Sequence record: KU230356.1
Length of the DNA stretch: 32,000 bases
Source: Nodularia phage vB_NpeS-2AV2
Direction: 5' to 3' (one strand)
The notes beneath the pieces were generated by a model. That model saw nothing but the letters and a program-made list of their open reading frames with translations, had not been told where the DNA came from and made no database searches. Shown here one piece after another: positions 16,745 to 26,900 of this stretch. Both the position numbers and the translations under genes were made by a program. Position 1 is the first letter of the stretch; the number at the start of each line of letters is the position of its first letter.

Positions 16745-17160
16745 ATCCCTAATTTTAATGAGATTAAGAAACCTCTAGATACTCTAATCTGGAGATTGCC
16801 GTTTCTTATTCACTTGCTACCTACCCGATGCCCTACCTTTGCTTTTATCGTCATCCTCTTCATCGTCGCCAATATTGTTCACAAAGTCTAAACTTAGCAT
16901 ATACCTAACCTCATCAAAAATATCAATCTTGCAGAAACGAAACAAGTAAAAGCTACTAGACACAGCAGAATCAGCATTAAATCTCTAATGCTACCTATGT
17001 TATTGGTTTGTTGCATAATCTTGTCTACCTTGTTTCATCTATATTACTTTTACTGATGTGAAATGTCAAATATTTTAGTAATACTGCTATAGCAGTGTGC
17101 ATAACTGCATGGTTATATATCTATCAAATAATGTATGATGAAAAAGGTATACATTATTTT

Positions 17161-17769
17161 ATGAAGATGACTACAAAAGTAACATTACGTGGGCGTGAGT
17201 ATCAGGCAGAACACCTAACAGACATTAACATTCTGCCTATTTTAAATTTGTTCGTTGGCTCCAATGGTCGAGAACTACCTTATGTCGGTCTTGACATCTC
17301 TAAGTTAAGTCAGGAAATGAAAGCTGCTATCTCCAAACCAATCATGGATAAGCTGAGTAAGGCATCAGTGTTGGATGACCTAGCACGATCACTTACCGCG
17401 ATTTTCCCTACACTCCCCCCCGATCTAGTAGCGTACAGCCGGGATAGTTTTACTTTTAATCTTGAGATTAGTGAACTTCGTGATATTGCTTTAGCAGTTG
17501 GTGCAGCAATTAACGAGAAAAACAAAGACACCACAGTTACACCAGTATCAGAAACGGTGACGGCTGAAACACTTACTCAAACCTCGACCGCAACCTATAC
17601 TCAGCAAGATATTGATGAAAAGCAGGTTAGATTGGTTGATATAGAACAAGAGTTGACTATATTGCGAGGATTACCAGATTTCCCTGGACGTAATAGCAGA
17701 ATTGATAACCTGTCTGAGGAAGAGTTATCCCTGTCAGCATGGCTTGGCAACGCTCAGAAAGTAGTGTAA
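17161..17769 (+). CDS. Putative tail assembly chaperone-position protein
   Basis: Positioned directly upstream of the tape measure; begins MKMTTKVTLRGREYQAEHLTDINILPILNLF. Start taken downstream of the track start 17095. Function by position only. Confidence 0.45.
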   Translation: MKMTTKVTLRGREYQAEHLTDINILPILNLFVGSNGRELPYVGLDISKLSQEMKAAISKPIMDKLSKASVLDDLARSLTAIFPTLPPDLVAYSRDSFTFNLEISELRDIALAVGAAINEKNKDTTVTPVSETVTAETLTQTSTATYTQQDIDEKQVRLVDIEQELTILRGLPDFPGRNSRIDNLSEEELSLSAWLGNAQKVV

Positions 17770-17782
17770 CTACAGACACAAA

Positions 17783-17809
17783 AAACCCACCAGACAGCTA
17801 GGTGGGTTT
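17783..17809 (+). terminator. Hairpin following the putative chaperone ORF
   Basis: AAACCCACC-AGACAGCTA-GGTGGGTTT, 9-bp perfect stem. Confidence 0.6.
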
Positions 17810-17961
17810 AAGTATAAATTGATAGCGGAGTAAGTAAAAGCTAACATATATATATACATATAGACGCTCTATTGGACTAATTACCATTGCGGTTAAAACC
17901 TCTTGCGTCGCTTCCCTCTCAATATTAGAGTGATTGAGTTTACTACTTATCAGGTGTTCTT

Positions 17962-20900
17962 ATGACTATCTCCACTATTGATAACGCGCTCCGTATAATT
18001 AGCAATAAAACGGCTGCTGCAGCATTAGAAGTTAATAAAGCTTTTAATCAATTTCCTGAAAATTTACAATTATCTTTAGATTATAGTAATAATTCTGATA
18101 CAGAATCGGCTGAGACATTAGAGCAATCGGCGGGTACACAGCAACCTATTGAAAATAGTCTATTAACTTCTAATCCTTTAGCGCAAATTGATTCTACTGA
18201 AACCCTACAACCTGAGCAGATACAGTCTGAAACTGTTATCTCCCCTGAAACGCATCTGTTAAAAGATGCTAATAAGGTGCTGGTAGATTATTCTAGAAGC
18301 TCAGACAACGCTAAGCCTGACAAACCAGAACAGCTAGTCCAATCTAAGCAAGGTGAGGCAGTTAATGTATCACTATTCAGTCAGCCGGAACAGTACGAGC
18401 TAGCTGCAGAAAAAGTGCAACCAACAGCAAATCCTTTACAAGTAGATATAACTGTTAACCCCATCAAGTCTGAACAGAAGTTGGATTCTGTAGCTCTAAG
18501 TAATGGCTCATTTACCGTTGAACAACTAAGAAATTCTAACCCAACTGAGCGATCACTAGAAAATAAAGAAAATTCTCCAAAAGTTGATCAAAACCTATAT
18601 CAGACTGCTAGTAACCCATCTGATGACGAGGCTCTAACTTTACCTGAAAATCTGGATGTAATTATCACTAATGGTGCTGATTTAGATACTAAATCTGACG
18701 ACGTAATAAAAGCAGATAATCAGAAGGGCTATACACCAAATATTTCTCAACCTGGGGACAGTGCTTTACCAATAGCTCTAAGTAATGGCTCATTTACCGT
18801 TGAACAACTAAGAAATTCTAACCCAACTGAGCGATCACTAGAAAATAAAGAAAATTCTCCAAAAGTTGATCAAAACCTATATCAGACTGCTAGTAACCCA
18901 TCTGATGACGAGGCTCTAACTTTACCTGAAAATCTGGATGTAATTATCACTAATGGTGCTGATTTAGATACTAAATCTGACGACGTAATAAAAGCAGATA
19001 ATCAGAAGGGCTATACACCAAATATTTCTCAACCTGGGGACAGTGCTTTACCAATAGTAACCAGCACTAATAGTGTCACAGTAAATCAGGACGCTATAGA
19101 TATCACTACAGTGGGGAAAGCAGGAGGTCTAGAGCCGCATCAACTTACTGCTAATACCTTTACAGACTCATTATTACTATCCGAACCCGCAGATTTGAGC
19201 AGCAGCACTATTATAGCCGCAACTGATAAAGTACCCAACCAAAACATAGCTTTAACCGCAACTAACCCGGCAAACGAACAGGCGGAAACCATCAGTGTAT
19301 TAGGTGATGCAACTAAGGTAAACCCTGCAAACCTATCTGAAAATGTAGCCCAGATAACGACCATAGATAATTCAGGAAACATATCAAATCAGATTACTAA
19401 CCAGGCTGCAAGCGATCGTACCACTAAGAATGATGCATCTGACATTAGCACTATAGGTATAGATGTAGACGAAACAGTCAAAAGCAACCTTAATGGTACT
19501 GATATAATATCCCTGACTCCTAATAGCCGTGGCGGTGGTGTTACTGGCGGCGATCAACCTATATCTGAAGTACAATCTGGTACTCTTATTAAGTCCGATA
19601 ATTCAGAGGAATCAGTTGAGAAAGTACAGGGGGTGTCAACTCCTGGTGCGCTTGCTGCTAACTTAGATGTAACACAGGAGAATCTAAACCTTTCACAGGA
19701 TCTCAATAAACAAGTTGATACCACAAGCAGCCGTGAGAAGTCTACAAATTTAGACGTTGGGCTAGTGACATCAGCTTCGCCACAGTTAGTTACAAGTGCA
19801 GATGTTACACAGTTAGTCGCCACAACCCAAGAGGCTACAGACAAGGGGGACGCACAGCCTGATCAGTTAAATTACTATTGGACTACTACCAATGTTGATG
19901 TAAAACAGCAGGGTAGTCAACCATCTCCAATCAGAAGCTCTCCTTTACCTACGGATAGTTCATCTCTAAGTCCCAACCCATATCTAGCGCCTGGATTCGC
20001 AATTGATGGTATAGATTACACTACTACTACTGACCAGTTGGGTGCGGTAGAGCAGCCTGATCAAACCTATGTAGGTAGTCCTACTATATACAACCAGACT
20101 GAGCGTGTCATTAATGAAGACAGCACAGCACTCAATAATCGAGAGATATCTACTTATGAAGATAACAAATCTGTAGAAAGGCAAAAACTTGATACAGGGT
20201 TGGGTGCTGAGTCATTTAGTGCTGAAAATAGCAGCAACACACAGTCATTCACAGATGACGCAGTGCTAGTTAGGGGTACAGTTATTATTCCCGGTAGTGA
20301 CCTAAACGCTGCAGCTAATACGTATTTTGGTGCATCACAAACATCTGAATCTACATCACAATCTCTGACCACAGACGCTACTATCAAACAGTCAAAAACC
20401 GCAGATGACCTCACACCTGCAAGTAACTTAGGCAGCTTTAACACAGCAGCAGGTGATAGCACTGAAGGTTTAGTAAATACTCTACTTACAACCAGCCAGT
20501 CTGAGAATTATACTACATCTCAGAAATTAACAAGTGACTCAGGTATAAGTAGTAGTTCTGACGATCAGATGTTAACCAGCACAGATACTAATAGCTCAAG
20601 CACAGTTTCAACATCACTTGCGACCAGCCAAATAGTTACTGACGGTGCTGGTACTGATTACTTCCCTAATCTCTCACCAAGCGATCAAGCTGGTGTTAGT
20701 AATGTTGAGCAGGTTAACCTCTCTCAAATAGTGGCTGAAGTAGCTAGTGTCTCTCTTCCTAATACCACACCTAATATTGGTGAAAGTAATAGCCCAGATT
20801 ATAAAACAACTTTACCTGGGCTGACTAAGATATCTAATCAGTTCGGTCAAGAGGTTTATAACACTACGCCCTTATTTAGTGACCTAAGCACATCAGATTT

Positions 20901-23900
20901 TCTACAGACCAGAGGGTATGCTTTTGGTGGTAAAGTTCTACCACCAATTTCTAACTCTGGGAGTAAACCTGTTGCTCCCAGTGATACTGTTCCAGCAATG
21001 CTTACCCCTGGTGAGTTTGTGGTTAATGCTAAGGATGCACAGAAAAACTTACCACTGCTGCAACTACTCAATGAAGGTAAAAGCGTTGAAGAAGTCGTAG
21101 GTGCTGAAGAAAGGACTAAGGTAAGTCAGTCTAAGCCTGATACATCTCGCGTTCTCAAACCTACAGATTCAGCGTTCTCAGCCGAGTCTGTAAAAGTCCC
21201 TGTAATGTTGACTCCTGGTGAGTTCGTAATTAACTCAGAAGCAACACAGGAAAACTTAAACCTTTTACAGAATCTTAATAAAGGTAGTGATGTCACAAAC
21301 AACAGTGAACAACTTACCAATTTAGAAGTCGGAAAAGCGATCGCTCCACCGCAACCCACAGTAAGTAGAGAAACTGTACAGCAACCAACTACAGGTGAGA
21401 AAACATTACAACTTGACTCAGCAAAGACTAAGGAAACCGTTAGTACATCTAAACCACAAGAAAACCAACCCAAGTCAGTTGACATCGCCACACTGCCTGT
21501 AGACAACGCAGCTTTAAATTCTGACCCCAACCAAGTACAGGGCTATGCTTCTGGTGGTTTAGTTACTCCCTCGTCTGGTGGTACAGGTTCACCACCTCCT
21601 CCCCCACCTCCCACTACTGGTGGAACCCCTAGTCAACCTGGAGGCTTTGATCCACAGCAGATTCTTAGATTAGCTCAATTTACAAAACAGGCTTACGCTG
21701 AAGCAGAAGCTTTAACTAGAGCATTGGGTGTACAGGCTAATACTGTGCAAAAAGCTCTTATAGCTATGAAAGCCTTGACTGCTGCTGGGGCTGATTACAC
21801 TACTCAAGTAGATTTTTTGCGTAAGGCTCTAGGTATTACGCAATCACAGTTTGATACACTAACAGCTAAACAGGAAGAGTACGCAGAAGCGCAGAAACAG
21901 GTTGAACTAAACTCTCCACAAAGAGCCAGTAAAGTAGCATCATTGGCAAAGTCCACTGGTCAGACTTTTCAAGAGGCAGATGATCTTAGTGTTGATTTAC
22001 AACTACCACCAGAAGTAATTGAAAAAGCAGTCCAATCTGTCGATAAACTGAAAAAGTCAGGGGCTGACGTTAACGAACAATTCCAGCTTCTCAATGATAC
22101 TCTTGGGATTAATTTATCTCAGTTCGAGGAGATAGATAGAGTTCAGACTGAGGCTGAATTTAGGAGAATACAATCTGCTGAGGCTATAAAAAGAGCTAAA
22201 GAAGCTGCCCTAGCCATTGCCAAGGAAGAACAGGAACTTACCAGAAGACCAGCACAAACGCTTAAACTTGCACAAGCGACCAAGCAGCCGTTCCAAGAAG
22301 CTGAACGATTTTCTCAGTCAGTCGGGTTGAATCCAGCTACTATCCTTGAAGCCTTAAATGCAATAAAGCAGTTACAACAGGCTGGGGCTAGTTTAATTGA
22401 GCAACAATCATTCTTAAATACTACTCTTGGGATAACAGACACACAATTCCAAGAGTTAATTGCTACCCAAGGCAGTTACACCGAAGATCAGAGAGCATTA
22501 GCAGAACAGACAGCTAGTGACGCACAAGCGATCGCCCAACAGCAGCAAGCCGAAAAAGAACGAATAAATGCTGCTAAAGCAGCACAACAAAAGAATAGCG
22601 CAACTATATCACTAGCATCTTCCACAGGTTTAACTTTTGATGAAGCTGCACAGAAATCGCAGTCTATTGGACTAGATCCAGCAGCAATACAGCAAGGTTT
22701 GGCAGTTATAGATCAGTTGAATGCTGTGAATGCTGACGCTGCTACCCAATATCAGGTATTAAGCTCTAGTATTGACCTAACAGAAGACCAGTTTGCAGAA
22801 TTGCAACAGCTTCAACAGGAATTAGCATCTCAGTCATCTGGTGATGGTGGTGGGTTCCTTGGTAGCCTAAGAGATAGTGCTAAGGGTGTCTTTGATGGCG
22901 TATCTAAAATAGGGTTTGCTTTTCAGGGTGTTCAAGCAATAGTTGCAACGTTCAGAGCGCAATTATCCGGTGCTTATGATAAGTTAGTTCAGCAAAATGT
23001 CACTTTACAAGAGCAGTTACTAGGTACACAAGCGAGTTTAGCCGCTACTAACAAAGTAATTGCTAACGGTCTAGAAATTAAAGATCCAACCAAAGCAATC
23101 CAAGCATTAGAAAAGCCGCTTGCAGATGCGATCGCTCGTCTTCGAGAATCTTCACTCGACCTTGTAGGCGTTACTAGTGCGGATTTAATACCTATATTTC
23201 AGTTCATCGCTCAAGAATCAGCAAATATAGGGGCTAGTCTAAGTGATAGTTCTGACTTAACAGTGTCCTTTGCTGCTGCGATGGGTACTCTTAAAATACC
23301 ACTTTTTCAGGCACAGCAGGAGATTTTAAGTATTCTCCAGGGTCAGATCAGCATGGACTCTCAGTTAGCCAAGAATATTGGCTTGAACAATGAGATGGTG
23401 AACAAGTGGAAAGCTCAGGGTGTGCTGGTTGAGAGGTTAAATGAGCGGTTAGCAGCGTTCGCATCTGGTAATAAATTAGCAGCGCAAACTATTGATGGTA
23501 TTGGCTCCAACATTCAGGAAATTCTAGATGAGGTTACAAGATTAGCGGGTGAACCGTTACTAGACCCAATAGTTAAGCAGTTGGGTTTACTCTATGATTT
23601 CCTCAAAGATAATAAGGAGGAACTGGCGGCTGTAATCAGTGACGCTATTAACTTTTTCCTTACAGTTGGAGATAGTCTAGCCTTAGTAATCGAAGGATTA
23701 AAACCTGTATTTGAGTCATTAGCGTCAATTGGGTTAGATACTTTTTCTGCTGCTGGTCAGTTGGCAGCATCTGTAATCAACTCACTAATAGCTGTTTTAG
23801 TAGCTATGACACCTGTGCTTGCTTCACTGCTGGGGATCATTTTGCCAGTAATAGAAGCACTTGCAGAATTCGCAGCTACGGATGTAGGTCAGATACTTTT

Positions 23901-26900
23901 GCAGGTTGTTCTTTCAGTCACATTACTCAGTAACTCCCTAGTCGTCCTTAAAGTTACCTTAGTTGCTGCAAACGTAGTCCTTACACTCTTCACTACTGCT
24001 CTAGCAGCAAGTGGTGGTGGTTTGGTTGGCTTTCTTGTTGCTTTAACTAAAGTTTATCCTGGGTTAGTACTATTTACGGCTATGGTCGCTAAGGCGGGTG
24101 GTGGTATCGTTGGATTCACAGCAGCTTTAGGGGCATCCTTACTGCCGATAGTTGTTGCTGCTGCTCCGTTTGTCGGGCTTGCTATCGCCGTGGGTTCAGT
24201 TCTTGCCTTGATATCTGCTGGTATGGCGGAGGATAAGCAGAGAGCAATAAATGAGTATGGTAAACAGTTCAACACTGTAGCTGATAACGCGCTCAAGACT
24301 TCACAAGCACTTAAGAACCTCAACGATACAGAAAAGATAACTGGTAAACTGACTGAGGAAGAGACTAAGAAACGCGATCAACTAAGGAAAGTTGCTGGTA
24401 ATCAAGTTGAGTTGATCAAGGCTCAGGTAGCTGAACTTAAAAAATTCAACCAAGCCAACCCCAATGATCAGACTAAGGTTCAGATATCTTTAGCCGAGCG
24501 TTATATAAAAATGCTCGAAAATCAGTCAGGTGCTACCAAAACCGCAGCTAGAGATGTTGAGGACTTGGGCAACACTTATGAGCAAATGGGTAACTTAGCA
24601 CGAGATGCTCAAGCCAAACTTAATTACGACGGATTATCAAAAGCCCAGGCTGCAACCACGGCTGACTACCAAAAAGCGGCTGATGATCTACTTAAAATTA
24701 CAACTAAAGCCTACGAATTGGGGCAGTTATCTGCTACAAACTCGGCTGAAATCGGCAAGCGATCATCGGAAATAACGATCACCCGTCTAGAACAAATCCG
24801 AGATGATACAAAGCTGACATATGAGACACAACTCGCAGCACAGCAAGAGATTACCAAAGTCAGACAGATTGAGGTTGATAAGCAGGTAGCTGGTGTTGAG
24901 ATACAACAGTCTAAAATTCAGTCTTTAATATCAGGTGAAGTTGTTTCTCAGCAAGAAGGTCAACGTAGAATTTCGCTTGAGAAGGAGAAGCAGCTAAATA
25001 TCCAAACCGAAGCATTACGGAAGCAACTAACTGAGGAAATAGAATTGCGCCGTAGATTGGTAGAAGGTAACTCTCAGGAAACTAAAGAGAGTATTACACG
25101 TATTCAGTCTGAAATTGCAACCATAGAAGCCAAAGGGACTGACGATAAATTATCTGAGCAAGACAGGGCAAACAAACTGAGGTTACAGTCTGAACTTAAC
25201 TATTTGCAAGAAGTAGCCAAGCAAAAGAGCTTAGTTGAGAATGTTGATAAAGAACTCATTGACAATGAGAAAAAACGTGCTGAAATCACCAAAAAGATAC
25301 GGGATGATGAAGCCGCAGGTAAGAAAGCTAACCCGGATGACGTTTCTGAAGCTAGACGTTTACGGGCTGTAACCGATCAGTTAAATGCTAAAAAAGAATC
25401 AGCACAAGCCAGTCTGAAAGAGGAGACAAAATCACAGACTGACATTAAAAATAATATCTCCAAAAACGAAGCTGCTATTGCATCCGAACAGAAAGCGAGG
25501 CTAGATGCTAGTAGACAAGAACGCTTAAAAGACTATGATGAGCAGTTGCAAGAAACTGACTCACTTTACAGTCGTTATCTAATTACTCAGGAAGAATTTA
25601 ATTTAAAATCCCGTGATTTAGCCGTTGCCAAAGCTAAGGATGAACTTAATCAACTGAGTGAACTAGCTAAAACCACCACAGACAAGGAAGGACTAGAAGT
25701 GATTGGTGCTAAACAGTCTGTTCTGTTCAAGGAGATAGAAGACATTGAGGAGAAATATTTAGCTGACAGGGCAAAAAACAAGCAAACGTTCCTTGATGTC
25801 GAACTTAAACAACTAGAGGCGAACTATGCTGAGGGTAATGTTTCTACAGCAGAGTATAATGATCAGTCTTTTGAGCTTGCCCGGGAAAGGACTACTAATG
25901 AAATAGCCGAGATTAATCGTATTCGGGCTTATACTAGGTCAGATGATGCAGTTAGGCTCGCTGAACTTGATGCAAGAGAAGCAGAGGTGCGATCACGGTT
26001 CCAGGCTAGTCAAGAAAAGCTTCGCCAAGAGCAAGTATCACAGCTAGAACTGGCTCAGAAGGAATCCTTGCAAGTAGTCAAAGAATCTGAGATCGAGCGC
26101 TTAACCACTATAAGTCAGTTGGAGTCAGACTTAGCCATTAAACGTGAGGAAGCTGACGTACTAAAAGGTGAGGCTGCAAGAGAGACGGCTGAGGCTGAAA
26201 TCGAACTTGAGAAAGAGAAATTAGACCAGCTTGAGGCGCTACAACCTCTAGATAATGAGCAGATGGAGCGTGAGCGTTTACTCAACCTCGCTGGATTACG
26301 TTTATCTATTGCACAGCGTACTAAGTCATTAATTGATGATGAGGTGCAGCAGCGTGAACGTTTATATAACGTCATTGCTGACAGGCTAAGTAAAGAACAG
26401 AAGCAACTTCAGAATATTGCTACTGAAAAACAGCAAGCAATTCAAAAGGAGACACAGTTACAAAGCTTCCTTAAAACCTCGCTAGACCAGCAAAACCAGT
26501 TACTCAACGCTAGAAAGGACTTAGTTAGTAGTACCCAAAACTTCCTTACTGGTCAATTAAGTATCTTAAGTCAGACTACTAAGAATAGCCGTGAACAAAA
26601 AGCCATAGCGGAGGCTGAGGCTCAAATCAGATTAAACTCAGTTCAGTCCCAGTTTGAGACAGAAAGATTATTACTTGATCTTAAGATCCAGCAGCGCGAT
26701 TTGGCTTTAGAACAGCAGAAGATACAACTAGAATCTCAAGCCATAGCCGCTCAAGCTGAGGGGAAACAAGCTGAGATAGAGTTGAGAAAACTGGAGGCTA
26801 GAAGGAAGCAAGGGCTGAGGGTAAGCGACGATGAGTTTGAAATTGCGAGATTAAATATTGAAGGTAATCAAATAAAACAATCGGGTATTGCACAACAACA

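Noticed and set aside
17415-17425. C7 run in the putative chaperone gene as a programmed -1 slippery heptamer
   Set aside because: The register C CCC CCC fits, but the -1 frame ends after about 8 codons, so no extended G-T-like fusion would result.
18491-19054. CRISPR array or diversity-generating template/variable repeat
   Set aside because: Only two perfect coding copies, no spacers, no reverse transcriptase and no adenine-biased differences.
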